Assembly: GCA_965203295.1 (NCBI GenBank)
Contig: CBDBCZ010000019.1
Location: 128,001 to 192,000 of the forward strand
Length of the DNA stretch: 64,000 nucleotides
Origin: Nitrospirales bacterium
Lineage (GTDB): Bacteria > Nitrospirota > Nitrospiria > Nitrospirales > UBA8639
Direction of reading: 5' to 3'
How positions within the stretch are numbered: the stretch's first letter is position 1; the number at the start of each line of letters is the position of its first letter. Positions 1-21,900 of this stretch are shown here, piece by piece. The notes beneath the pieces are model-generated. The model had not been told where the DNA came from. It searched no databases and saw only the letters and a program-made list of their open reading frames with translations. The position numbers were made by a program, and so were the translations under genes.

Positions 1-1643
1 CTTGTTCTGCTCAAAGAATTTAGGAATTCATTCTTTTGTAGAGTATCGTAATTTTCATAATGATTACTGAATAGAACCATGTACCCCTGAATTACTCCTC
101 CAGAGTATCCCATTGTGGACCGTAGTATCAACTAACAGTGGCATGTGGCATGTGGCATGTGGCATGTGGCATGTGGCATGTGTTTGTGCCATTGGAAAAA
201 AATATGCAATTACTAATTATGCAATAAAGATTCCTTAATGTGTGAGTATCACCCACTCGCAACTTTGTCTAAACGCGCCCATGGTGACTGATCGGATTAG
301 CAAACAAACGGTTTGTGTTGTTGGTTCGGTAATTACTCAAAGACAACTTCGGTAGTTTAGCGATCAGCAACCCAGGGGAGAGCACAGAGGAATGAGCTGA
401 TTGGCTGCGTCTCTGTAGCTTATATAGCGCCAGATCACCGCGAATGGCCAGGCAAGAGGACGGATCGCTAACTCGTGTTGCGTAAACAAACTGCTGCTTG
501 TCGCATTTTGCGATATTTGGGACCCGTTTCAAGTTACAGAGGGATTAACATAATAAGAAGAGCTGAAACTGTAGAACGTGTCGAGCATTACTCAACATTT
601 CCCCTAATGTGCTTGTGTAGCATCGTAGCACCTCCCACCAACACAGGGTCGGGGTTTTTTCCTCCAGTGCTCTAACACAATTAGAGATAAAAACCTACAT
701 AGCCTCGAACCCAGGCCTCCCACACTCCCGAAAATAGTAAACTCTTTTTTTTTTTTACTGGAGTGCAAGGAGGGTCTGAGCTAGTAAATGTCTGAAATCT
801 GACTAAAGCACAGTGTCTGGGTGTTAGGTGACATGATATCTCTGTGGTGTTACAGATGCTGGTAACTTTAGCCATCCGATGGAATTGCCGATTGCATTGT
901 TCCCCTGGAGGGTGTGAGAGTTTTTTGTTTATTTTACTACGTATAGATACCTAAAGTTCACTCTAATGACACTCCAGCTGCACTTTGTATTATAAAGGTC
1001 GTAAAGAGTAGGGATCGAGTCAGGTTTTCTTCGAGAAAGTTTCAATACCGTGGAACCCCTCTAATGTGGACACCTTGGGGACCTGGTGAAGTGTCCAGTA
1101 TAGAGAGGTGTCCTCATTTCAGGGGGAAATGAAAGTATATTTGCAAAGTGTCCTTAATAGAGGTATCCTAATTTCATGCAGGGGTGTCTTTTTGAGAGGG
1201 GTTCCACTGCATGTGGATTACAATTAGGCAGTGATTGATACTGCTGTTTGCTTGGAAGCTAGGCTAGCTGTAGTTAAACTTGGGGGTAAAACCAGGGCAA
1301 TCACACCATTGCACCAACTTTGGAACTAAGTTAGTATATCGGCCAAGAGCTCCTTTTAAATTAAATCACCTTTCAGTCCTCTGATGCCTAATTAAGGGGA
1401 GGGGACGAGACTAGATGGGAGGGGGGTTGCGGGGGTTGGGGGGTGAGTGAATGCCCTTTCTTCTTCAGCCCTCTGTGGTTGTCTTTTCAGTAACTAAAGA
1501 TCCTCTTGGAAAAGGGGAAGATGGGGGGGATGGCAGAGAGGGGTGCCTTTGCTCTTACCACTTTCCTTAGTAAACTTCCTGTTGTGACTATGTATGTGGT
1601 AGGCTACTTATCTGTTACTTCCTGCCTGCTTATTCCATATTAG

Positions 1644-4600
1644 GTGGACGCAGCCAAGAGAAAGGCCTACCTTGAGGGTCTGGAGACATCCACTACCTAC
1701 AGGTAGAAAGTATAGTGTGGAGCCCCTCTAGTGTGGATACCTTGGGGACATGGTGAAGTGTCCTGTATACAGTGGAGCCCCTCTATTGTGGACACCTTGG
1801 GGACCTGGTTTGCGAGCATTTTCATTTTTCGGTCCAAATTTTTTTTCTTCGATATCTCGCATTCTGGAGGTAGCACAGGCGCGACAGAGGTGTCAACGGC
1901 ACCTACACCGTGCCCAGAACAGTTTGTGAGCATTTTCATTTTTCGGTCCAAAAATGTTTTTTTGATATCTCACTTTCTGAAGGTAGCACAGGCGCGGCAG
2001 AGGTGTCAATGGCACTTACGCGGTGCCCAGAACAGTTTGCGAGCATTTTCATTTTTTGGTTCAAAATTTTTTTCTTCGATATAGGACCTGGTGAAGTGTT
2101 TTATTGGGGCGAGCGCAGCGAGCCCTGTACTAGCGAGGTCCATGCCAACTCTGTATGTATGTCATCGACCGACCTGTATGTATGTCATCGACCGACCGGT
2201 CGCATTGCGCATGCGCAGAAACATGCTAAGCACATGTAGTTGCGCTCGCCCCACAAATGCTCTGCATTCTCCTAGTATAGAGAGGTATCCTCATTCCACT
2301 GTACATAATGCACTGACTACAGCCATAGGGAAGCTATATAGTGTCATTTCAGTAAAATGCTGTCAGCCAAATTTGACTTCTGTTCCTGGCCCAGTGTTCA
2401 TAGTCTGGCTTCAAGTTACCCTGGGCACAAGGCTATATAGCTTCGAGTGTTTTTGGGGCAAGCGTGAGCGAGCCCCCCCTTAGTGTCGTGACTCGTGCGA
2501 TTTTGTCTGTACGGGGTGCATGGTCCTATATACCGCAAATACTTCAAATATCTATTTCAGCGGCTTGCCCTCGCTCACGCTCGCCCCACAATGCTCTGCA
2601 TTCACTAGTTATAGAGCTGTCAGCTAGAAGGTGATTCAGGACATGTGGCTTGAAGTGGTTCCAAGGTCCTGTGGCTTTGTGGCACTTTGATCTGTGGCTG
2701 AGAACTGCTGATGTTCAAAGGGCCAAGATGGGACTGCTTCAAAGGATTCACCACACCACAGTGTCTCTTTCTGGAGGGATCAAAGCTGTGAAGTCTTCCT
2801 CCATCCATTCACACAACATTTAGATATTCAAACTAAGTATCCTGCAGTGCTTAATTTAAACACCCTATTTACTGTTCTCTGTCTGAGCTTCTGTATAGAG
2901 TCTATACCTTTGAAGCCACCCGTTCATTAGATATTCAAACTAAGTATCCTGCAGTGCTTAATTTAAACACCCTATTTACTGTTCTCTGTCTGAGCTTCTG
3001 TGTAAAGTCTATACCTTTGAAGCCACCCGTTCACACAACATTTAGATATTCAAACTAAGTATCCTGCAGTGCTTAATTTAAACACCCTATTTACTGTTCT
3101 CTGTCTGAGCTTCTGTATAGAGTCTGTACCTTTGAAGCCACCCGTTCACACAACAAATAGTTATATCAAATCTAATACAGTGGAACCCCTCCATTGTGGA
3201 TACCTTGGGGACCTGGGGTTAAGTGTCCAGTATAGAGAGGTGTTCTCATTTTCAGAGGTAACTTTATATTGAAAAAGTGGACGTAGCCTTGTGTCCTAAA
3301 TACAGAAGTGTCCTTATTTCAGGGGTGTCCTTTAAGAGGGGTTCCACTGTATACTGTTCGCATGGAGGAAACCAAAGTTAGCTCCTACATGTATGATCTA
3401 TACCTTTGAAGCGAGGCGATCTTTGTCCATTCACTAAACGCTTATTTATTCAAATAGTCTGCTGAGCCTGTGATCATATTATGCTACAGGCTATGTGATA
3501 TAATACCAACCCCCTACTGGCTAAGGTTACCTATGTATGCTGCACTCAAAGTACCCACAGCCTATATCATGTGCCCTCTCTGGGAGTGTCAGTCGAGGTC
3601 TCATTCCACGGCTGTGTGGGATCACAGCTTGGCTGTGTGGGATCACTGCTTCTCTTCGTATAGAATATACCTAATTAGCATGGGAAGCACATGAATTTAA
3701 ATTTAACACACAAAGGGAGGAGGGAGGGGGGGGGTAAATTCATAAGTACAATGGAACTCCTCTATTGTGGACACCTTGGGAACCTGGTGAAGTGTGCAGT
3801 ATAGAGAGGTGTCCTCATTTCAGGGGTAAATGCATGTACATAGAGAAGACATATTTGGGACACAGCAAAGTGTCCTTAATACAGAGGTATCCTTAGTTTA
3901 TGGGTGTCCTTTAAGAGGGGTTCCACTGCTACAGTAGTTAGATAGAAGAGATGCTGGTCGTTTGTGTTTAGAGTGACTTACAACGACCCCTGTCATTACT
4001 CACAGGATTGCAGTTCAGGCCGTGTATACTACAGGCGAGTCAAGAGACTCGAATCCCGTCGTGGCCTCGCTGTCTCTCCCTCGACAGGAGAAAGACGGGG
4101 ACGAATCTTCGCCGGATTCACCGGTCAACCCGCAATCGGCCGTAACTCCCTCGACAGAGGGCAGCTCCACACTCCAGCCGCCTCAAACACAGGCAGCCGC
4201 TGGTCATCATGGAGACAATGGAGATGATGATGACGCCCAACTGGAAAACGGAGAGGCTAAAATCGAGGGTATGGGAACCTTGGACGAACACACAGCAGCT
4301 TCTACTGACGAATCCCCAGCGGCACGGGACGACACTGGCCTAGACTCGGAGACTCCTAGTCGGCAGAATCAGCGTCCGACTGTGACGATCGAGAGAGCCT
4401 CCGTATTGGATACCACTGAAGAAAGATCACCTAACACTGGCAGCTCTGTGACCCAGCTTCCTGTTGGTGGGAAGCTGTACGAGCTAGGCGACACTTCTCG
4501 GATTACGAGAGCAGGGGTCGATGAAACACTGGCGGCTTCCTTAGAGACTGATCTCTTGGCAAACGAGAGTGACCACAGCTCTAAGGATTGGCTAGAGAGA

Positions 4601-5476
4601 TCGGACGCTAGCGACGCAAAGAAAGGGGACGTTAAGCTAGGAGATGATGACTGCGGAACGGAAGGATCGGGCAATCAGGTTTCGGCCATCGGGACGGTTC
4701 TCAAACCCACTCTGGATGCCGACGTCACTCAAGAAGGAACACGTACAAATGAGCCTACGTCGTTCGCCCGAACTAGCCCAAAACACATCGGCATGAGCGC
4801 AGGAACTGCTGTAGAAATCCCTGAGGAGCCAGCTGTTACAGTGTCGGCCGCTACTTTAGCAGACGCCACGACTACTACTACTGACTCCGCCTCACGGGAC
4901 AGTAGAGTGCAATCAGATAGCGCCGAAACTGTGACCCCGCCTTCAAGATGCAAACAAGCCGTTGCTGACCAAGCAAAAGCGGCCACCACCGGCAGCATTA
5001 CATCATCATCTGCGGCAACAACGGCAAAGGAAGCCGATGAGATGCTTGGCTCGATTGAGGACATGTTGTTGCCAGGAAGAGAAACGTTATTCGGAGAGGG
5101 TGATGACCAAAGGCCTAGGCACTTTGATCCATTACTCGGTAACTCTAGAACGGAGGGTATGGGAAACGAGGCAGTTGGATCAAATCCAAACACACAAGGA
5201 GGGGGGCATGCTGCTAGGTCAGACGATTCGACCACAGCTGACGTATTCGAATTGCCTGAGGGGAAACAAGACCAGAGGATTGTCGTCGGTGAAGTGGTGA
5301 AGGTCGTCGATGACAGCCGTGAGTCGCAGGCCCGGGGATCGAGTGTCGGGGCCGGGGGTAGCGATGGTGGCAACAGTGGGCAGGGCTCCGATTCCCTGGC
5401 CTCACTTCTCCTGTCTCAGCTCGAGACGCGTCTCAGTGTACCTCAGGCCCCTGGCCAGGTGGAGTGTGATTCGTAG
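1644..5476 (+). CDS. 3' portion of a fibronectin type III domain protein with a long acidic low-complexity tail (exons 1644-1702 and 4006-5476; upstream exons not resolved)
   Basis: tag|GTGGAC...TACAG|gtaga splices in phase 2 to cacag|GATTGCA, giving VDAAKRKAYLEGLETSTTYRIAVQAVYTTGESRDSNPVV. This matches the C-terminal half of FN3 (L.gL...T.Y.I.V.A....GeS..S), followed by ~480 aa of S/T/D/E-rich sequence. A donor near 5458 could lead to a further exon. Confidence 0.65.
1810..2083. repeat. ~2.5 copies of a ~110-bp tandem unit inserted in a MITE, bounded by the direct repeat GGACCTGGT
   Basis: TTTGCGAGCATTTTCATTTTT...CGATAT recurs at ~1810, ~1923 and ~2035. GGACCTGGT lies at 1801-1809 and 2084-2092. 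Confidence 0.75.
2100..2276 (+). mobile_element. Non-autonomous Helitron/Helentron-type element
   Basis: 5' TTGGGGCGAGCG and 3' CGCTCGCCCCACAA subterminal inverted repeats, with a 3' end in CTAGT. A second copy lies at 2451-2610. Confidence 0.55.
2451..2610 (+). mobile_element. Second copy of the Helentron-type element
   Basis: TTGGGGCAAGCGTGAGCGAG ... CGCTCACGCTCGCCCCACAATGCTCTGCATTCACTAGT, inserted in a T-rich site. Confidence 0.55.
2806..3156. repeat. Three copies of a ~110-120-bp tandem repeat
   Basis: TTAGATATTCAAACTAAGTATCCTGCAGTGCTTAATTTAAAC...GAAGCCACCCGTTCA occurs three times. Confidence 0.9.
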
Positions 5477-6939
5477 CCGGTGGGGACTGCAGCTGTGTAG
5501 GCAACCGCTCATAATGTGCATCACTTGTACCTGTACATGCATGTACATACTGTTGATCACCATGTATACACACTGGGTGATAGGAGTCTTTAATTAGAAT
5601 GGTCTCCTCTCAAATTGAGTATACAGAGGGACCTTCATAATAGACCCTTTACCAATGGGGTGGGGGTGGGGGTGGGTGGGTAAAATTTGACATGGAAACA
5701 TGCATGTTCTTGTTTAAATTTACACAAAAGCACAAAAACATGGCTTGTTTTCATGTATTTTCTCCATTTAGTGCCCCCTTTTACTTCCCCCCCCCCCATT
5801 ACATCATATTTGCACCATTATGAAATTAGTGTTCATTTAGTGCATTCTGTATTTTATGATGCACATTCTATAGGTCCATAAACTGTGTGGTGCTATATAC
5901 ACATGTACCATATGACTGGTTTTAATGTATCTAACTCTATTATAGCCCTCACTGAAACTAGCCATAAGCCTAAACCCTTTAGTCCTAAATATGGATATTT
6001 ATAAAGTGGTGTTTATGAAATGTGCACCAACATATTTTATATCTTAGCAACAGAAAATTATATTACCAGTATTATTGTTGTAAATCCTCGGAAAAACTTA
6101 GCATTGCCTTATGCCATAGGCCCTGCATTAATTTACCACACCATCTTAATTAGATATCATAGCCATAATTTCAGTTTTGTTCTTATTAAAATAATCATTA
6201 TTCCACAAAGGGAGTATTTAGGGTACACACAGAATGGCAATTTGCTACATGTACTGAGGCCTATGTATAGTACAAGAAAAATAGATCACATGGTTAAGTC
6301 TAGCAAAAAGTATAACGCCTACTACTATATTGGGAAAGGACTACAAATTTTAGACATCACACTGACACAGACATAAACAGCTAGTTATTACTCGTACACA
6401 ACAATATTAAAAATATCCAGTTTATATCAGTGGCTCTGTCGGATGATAGTGTCAGGTTAAACCTGTTATCTGTTCTGTCAACAAAAAAAAAAAACGTAGC
6501 GCTTAGAGCTTTTCCTGTATTGGTGGTCATACCAAATAGTGATTCTGTATCAGTGAAGCACTCTTCGTGCCTTTGTCAGTCGAAGGAAAAAAAGTGAGAA
6601 ATGGAAAGATGAGAGAGAGAGGAGAGTGTTTGCAAATTGTTGAAGGTCGGTATTTCATAGGAGTCTCTTGGCTTGTTATGTATTACTGTTGTGGTTGTGT
6701 AGTATCCGAAAGATACGTACAGTGATCGAGTTCTGTAACTCCTGGTTTTTTCATCGTGTCATTCCGGAGAGCTTGTGTCCTCGCGGAACGGTTAACTGGT
6801 CGCCTCCGTTACGTAGTGGAGGATTTCCAGTCAGTGTAGGTCTCGATACAGTGGCGCAGTGGCGACTGTTGAAGTAAAAAAAACCTTTCCAGTTATTGTA
6901 GTTTTTTGTAATCCCGTATCCTAGTTCAGTTGTAACAGT

Positions 6940-15480
<8,541 letters not shown>

Positions 15481-15941
15481 TTTCTTTTCTTCAAACAGGT
15501 GACGCTGTCACTTGGCAGTGTGATCGCAAATTGAAGTTGCAAATCGGCGCAAATTTGAATTTCCCCAAAAAAAATCGAACACAAGTTCCTTCGCGCCCGA
15601 GAGAAACAACAGCTAGCTAGTAGCTATTTTCGCTGCGAAAAAGTGTTTCACAGCACAATAAATTATTCTTCACGAGAAAAAAAAAGTCGACAGTACAGTA
15701 ACACACACTAGAACTTGAGAGAAGATAGAGAGCGCTAGAAGAGAGACAGAAAGTGCAAGAGAGGCACTCGACTGGTGCATGAAAGGCAAGTGTCGTATAT
15801 TAAAACGTGTCGACAGTTGACCGCAATTGCGTAACGCGCGCATTCCGATCGAGTGTCCGCACGTGTACTGCGTCGGGTCAATTAACAAAGGCGGTAATTA
15901 AACATCGCTATTTGTAGGGTTTTCCCCAGTACGCATGGAGG
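15481..15941. promoter_or_regulatory. Putative bidirectional promoter, Hey / HDDC2
   Basis: The two ATGs diverge 461 bp apart. The interval is CpG-rich relative to its flanks and has a CACGTG E-box at ~15860. Confidence 0.75.
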
Positions 15942-18900
15942 ATGGCCACCGGATCCGGCTCTATTAAGAATCTCTTCAGCTTCTTCCAGCTCTGCGGGAG
16001 ATTGAAGGTACCTATAGCCACATGGAATCATAGTTTTTGGAGTGACCCGTCTCCGTTCCATGCAACAGGGTCTGTATAATTTTAAGGGGGTGTCTCGTTT
16101 CCAGTTCACTGAAAGGAAACTTTTCTTTAGTAGCCATGATTTGGAGTCACATAGTCACAACACTGAATCAATCTCGCAAGCTAATTTTGACAAGGCAGAG
16201 GTAAATTTAGTATGCGAGCTAACAGATTGACTACACAAGCATCATCTCACAGCCAGGTCGCCATTCCATGCATCCGCATGGCCTGGGAATGAGACTGGAA
16301 CTGCGGTGGGACACCTCTAAGGTGGCCACCTTGGGGACCTGGTAAAGTGTCCCTTAAGTCAAATTGGGACGCAGCAAAGTACAGAAGTGTCCTTATTTCA
16401 GGGGTGTCCTTTAATTTAAATTAAGAGGGGTTCCACTGTAATTCCAGGTGAACAATTATGGGTGGGACACAAAACTGTACCTCAAGTGCCATGACACATT
16501 TTGAACATCACTAACATTAAATTTTGTAGCGCTACATATCTGCTGCTACAAACCATACACTAGCACACCTTCATTTTCTAAGACTAATGCATAGCCTATG
16601 GAGAATGGTTGCTCGGTAACAGAAGTGTGATGCCAATGGGGTCTGTATCTCGGACTTGTGTTCGAGTACTGCCACACGCGTGTTTCCGAACAAACCTGTA
16701 ACATCTGGCTGAGCAGATGCCTGAGGTCATTCAGCATTGCTGCCGACTAAAGTTTCTACCTGGAAGGGTGTATGCTGACACGTTTCGTGTGTGTGTTACA
16801 GCTGTATGGCCATTTGTCTTGAATTGCGACGTGAATGGTGAATGGCTCTGTTGTGTAACTGTTTTCAATAGTGCTCTATGTTGCTACCATAGCACTTCAA
16901 TTACAGCATTGATTGAACACTAGGCAGACTCCCTAAATTAGGGTTGAGTGCAGTCTAATTTTACACACTACTCCTTTTACTGAAATGCAGTGGAGTCCCT
17001 CTTAAAGGACGCACCTGAAATAAGGGCACATGTATATTAAGGACACTTTGCAGTGTCCCAAATATGCAAAGCTATAAGCATAAAGAGCTGACAAGCCATC
17101 AATTGCCAGATCAAACCTAATACCCAGGATCAACATAAATTAAAAGGGGCTACATGTGTGTACTATATAGCCCCCAGGGCTACAGTGTGTGACCTAAGAG
17201 TTAAGGGGTGTGGTCTTAGTGCTATATGGTATACTAACCTCAGGGCTAAGGGATGGGGTCTCAGGCCTAAGTGGTGTACTAGCCTCAGGACTAAGGGGGT
17301 GTGGTCTCAGGCCTAAGTGATATACTAGCCTCTGGTCTATAGGGTGTAACCTCAAGACTAAGGGATGTGGTCTCAGGGCTAAGGGGTGTGGCCTCAGGGC
17401 TAAGGGATGTGGTCTCAGGGCTAAGGGATGTGGTCTCAGGGCTTAGGGTGTACTAACCTCAAGTCTATGGGGTGTAAACTCAAGGCTAAGGGATGTGGTC
17501 TCAAGGCTAAGGGGTGTACTAGCCTCTGGTCTATGGGGTGTAACCCTAAGGGATGTGGTCTCAGGGCTAAGGGATGTGGTCTCAGGGCTTAGGGGTGTAC
17601 TAGCCTCAAGTCTATGGGGTGTAAGGTCAGGTCTAAGGAATATGCTCTCAAGGCTAAGGGGTGTACTAGCCTCTGGTCTATGGGGTGTAACCCTAAGGGA
17701 TGTGGTGTCAGGGCTAAGGGATGTGGTCTCAGGGCTTAGGGGTGTACTAGCCTCAAGTCTATGGGGTGTAAGGTCAGGTCTAAGGAATATGCTCTCAAGG
17801 CTAAGGGGTGTGGCCTCAATGCTATGGGATGTAGTCTCAGGGCTAAGGGGTGTGGCCTCAAGGCTAAGGGTCTGTTAAAGAGCTGTTGTTCCCCTCTTTC
17901 GCAGCACCTGAAGAGGACAGGATGGGTCCATCATAACGTCCAAGATCCGGAAACGGTGTCGGGTCACATGTACAGAATGGCCATGATGGCTTTCCTGTTT
18001 GGAGGATCCAGCGACCCTGACATCAGCAGTGAGAGGTGAGGAACGGTTAGCTAGTGGAGAGAGACCTGACTAACTTATTGTGCTCAGCTCTCGCCTAGTC
18101 TTGCTAACCTGGTACAGTGGAACCCCTCTAATGTGGACACCTTGGGGACTTGGTAAAGCGTCCTGTATAGAGAGATGTACTCATTTCGGGGGTAGGTTTA
18201 CATAAAAGAAAGCATATTTGGGACACGGTAAAGTGTTCTTAATACAGTGGTGTTCTTATTTTGGGGGTGTCCTTCAAGAGGAATTCCACTGTACAGTATA
18301 CTTGTATTAGCTTTCAGTTATGCTATCTTCAACCTATGGATGTTCAGAACTCAATTACACCTCCTAATCTGAAAGGTTCTGTGCACTGTATGTATCCCCC
18401 CAACTGGGTGTCCTTAAAGAGGAGTTCCACTGTAGTGTCCCATTCATCTTCTGGAATGTGCCAGTACTGAAGTGATCCACTCACTGGAAAGTCTCTTTAC
18501 TTTAAGGCGCTACTATTCTAGGTGCATCAAGATTGCTCTGGTGCACGATCTGGCTGAAAGCATTGTGGGCGATCTTACTTTAAGGCACTCCTCCTATTCT
18601 AGGTGCATCAAGATTGCTCTGGTGCATGATCTGGCCGAGAGCATTGTTGGCGATCTCACTCCCTCGTGTGGAGTCAGCAAAGAGGAGAAGTTCGCGAGAG
18701 AAAAGGTACTCCTTGTCATTTTTTTTGGAAGTGTAGAGTTTAATTTTAGCTCTGAGTAGCTGTAGAGTACTGCTATAGCTTCGTACCTAGCCCGGGTTTA
18801 TCTTGTAGCTATTCCTTTCACCGGTGACTTTCTACATTATATGAATTTAAATGGGTTCTTTTATATTAGGCGTTAATACAATATTCAGTACAGTACATGT

Positions 18901-21900
18901 TTTTGTGAGGGACAGATCTTTCCCTATACCGGTGAAATGGCTAATGGAGAATAGTTTTCCAGTAGTTACAAGACTGTATTTTGCGGCCACAACTGGGCTT
19001 AAAGGACTGGGTAATGGCTAGATTATAGGTGTAGCGATTAATCCAGACTCACACTCTGCACCCCTTCTAATTAAGCAAAGTTGTGAGGCTTTTAAAGGTA
19101 ATTGCTCAGCTTGGTATGAGTATACATGTACTACCAAATAAAAAAAATCTGTACATGTCTACAACCTGCATTTTATTTTAACCCTTTCACCGGTACAGCC
19201 CTGCTTCCATATAAGGCCCATAACAATTTATATGGTGATTTTCTATTAGGCGTTAATATAAAGTATGGCCTTTGTTTTGTTTCTTTGGGCAGTAGAGTGG
19301 CCTATCCATGTGAAATGGTTGACGTGCGAATCTGTTTTACCAAACCTCAAGCTGTATTTCTCTTCTGGTATTTCAGGCTGCCATGGAGCACATCAAAACT
19401 TTACTACCTGATGAGGTAATACCAACACAATAATATGCTGCCACTGAAATGAAGTCTCATGAGTACCATTTCTTTGCTACATTCACTGAGTATATACATG
19501 TAGCAGGGTACAGTATAATATTATGGAGTATGACGAGGTAATACCAACACAGCAATATGCTGCTACTGAAATGAAGTCTCATGAGTACCATTTCTTTGCT
19601 ACATTCACTGAGTATATACATGTAGCAGGGTACAGTATAATATTACAGAGTACGATATCTGCCGCATGCTGGAGTCTGCAGATTTGTGAATAGATTTGTA
19701 CGGGAGTGATAAATGCCATCACACAGCTAAAATAGAAATGTCATCTTAACTAGTGGGTTGTTGTTTGAGTTTCAACACACCACAAACATGGATACAGATT
19801 GAATGCTGTGGGTCAAGAATGTGAAAGCATTTACCAATACAGATGATTAAAGAGCATCGCTAAGGTGAATTTATGTAGAGGAGGCAGAGGGAGACTCAGA
19901 GAAAAATAATGGTGCTGCAATTATCCATGCATGTTATAACTCAAACAACATCCCACTAGTCTATATGGTAATTCTATTTTAACAGTGTGCAGCTTTGAAA
20001 GCTGTCGACTTCTGCTGTCTGCCAACATCAGTACCAATCAGATTGCAGAACAAAATCACATGAAAACGTATCGTACTGGTGGGTACCGTGTATAAAACGC
20101 TGCATCCGACCGTGTAAGGTAGCATACATACGCAGCTGTCCGCAGCAGTACTAGTGTAGCGCAAGGAGATGAATTTAGTCGCGGCTGATGATCTGTTATT
20201 CCACGGAGGTGCATAGACCCTTCCTCATGTTTACTGTGGCCACCCTGCAGCTGTTGTTATTGTTTTTTTTTTGGCTTAATTGGTGCATTATAGAAGTGAG
20301 TACACAGATGAAGTGACTAGCCTCATTCCGAATCTCCATTCCCAGTCTCCAATAGGAGAGATCTCGGACTGAGACTTATGAACTGCTCTGAAGTGCATTC
20401 TCAGATGAAGTGACTAGCCTCATTCCGAATCTCCATTCCCAGTCTCCAATAGGAGAGATCTCGGACTGAGACTTATGAACTGCTCTGAAGTGCATACACA
20501 GATGAAGTGACTAGCCTCATTCCGAATCTCCATTCCCAGTCTCCAATAGGAGAGATCTCGGACTGAGACCTCTGAACTGCTCTGAAGTGCATACACAGAT
20601 GGAGTGACTAGCCTCATTCCCAATCTCCATTCCCAGTCTCCATTCCATTCCCAGAGTAGTAGAGTCCTGGGATTGAGACTTATGAACTGTTCCGCGCCAG
20701 TGTAGATATAAACATGCATGCACGATAGCTTCTGTTCTTGCTGTATTGACACAGCCATGATGCAAACTAAATTCATCACTACATTACGTCTACAGTCATT
20801 CATGGACCTGATTAGGCTATGGCATTACTGCGTCAATGCATGCCCATATATGGATTTCAGCTATATGTATATAGCTAGCTAGTGTAGTGAACAAATGACT
20901 ATTCCCATGTGGCATCAGATGACTATAATTACTATACTACCTTACTATAAATATTGCATTTTCCCATGCTTGTTCGATCTTGCCCACCTTTATTTGCTAT
21001 GCATGCACGAGAACATTTATTGTGTAACTATCAGGAAATGCATTGCATTCCTTTTCCTTGTGTAGCATTGGCCTGTCTGAACGTGTTCTAGCTTTTTCCA
21101 AATATGGAATCTACTGCTGACTCGTGTACTTTGTGGGAGGGTATAAAAGCTACTGTGTTTAGCTTTTGAAGTAGTTGGTGACAGTTGCTACACTGTGGAG
21201 ATTGGGTTACATAGCATTGTGTATAGCCAAATCGCCATTATTGTAGGGTGAATGCGTGCATTGTGACCAGTACAGTGTGTGTATACTAGTGAAGTGTAGC
21301 ATTGTGTTCACTGTAAAAGCATTCTACAAAGTCTATCCCGTGGTATGGATGAAGAACGTGAAGGGATATGCAACAGAGTCATTTTTCAGGAACTGGCTCC
21401 TGTTGAGCTGCAGTGGGTTGCTTCCCAGTGGGATAGAAGTGGAGTAGTGACTGCTAGCAGTGTAGCAGACTCTGATGCAGCTCTTCAGTGTCAGTGCTCT
21501 CATGAAGAATACTACAACTGCAGTTTACTGTGCAAGTTGCTAGCCCACGTGCAGAGACCAGACTTAGTGGAGCTAGTGATGCAGGAAGTCCATTCAATGA
21601 CCACGACCCTCCCCGTTTCTCATGCTTTGGAGATCAGTCCCTCTTCCTTCCAAGTCTCAGCACAGCTACTCTACTTCAAACTCTGCCATTTTTCCCACCT
21701 CCACCTCCAGTGTTACCTTGATATGAACCTGAAATGTGCTTGCACTGGTATTGAGAACTATACAGCAGTTCTTGGGCTGTCAAGCAGTTGCACTTGCTTA
21801 CCATCAAACGATGCTCGACTGCTTCTTTCGAAACTTATGCAAAATAAGCTTGAACTTAGGAACTGTGGATACACATTTCTTGCCTTTTTTGATAGCAAGG

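Noticed and set aside
2620..2820. Coding-looking stretch within the FN3 gene intron
   Set aside because: No frame fits the phase-2 junction or gives a recognisable motif, and the FN3 pattern is complete without it.
4369..5373. Antisense ORFs of 101 and 214 aa (similar cases at 6947-7402 and 28325-30013)
   Set aside because: They are shadows of long coding exons on the opposite strand, with no independent motifs.
17495..17878. 127-aa repetitive ORF ([12 protein letters not shown]...)
   Set aside because: It is a read-through of the 21-bp minisatellite in HDDC2 intron 1.
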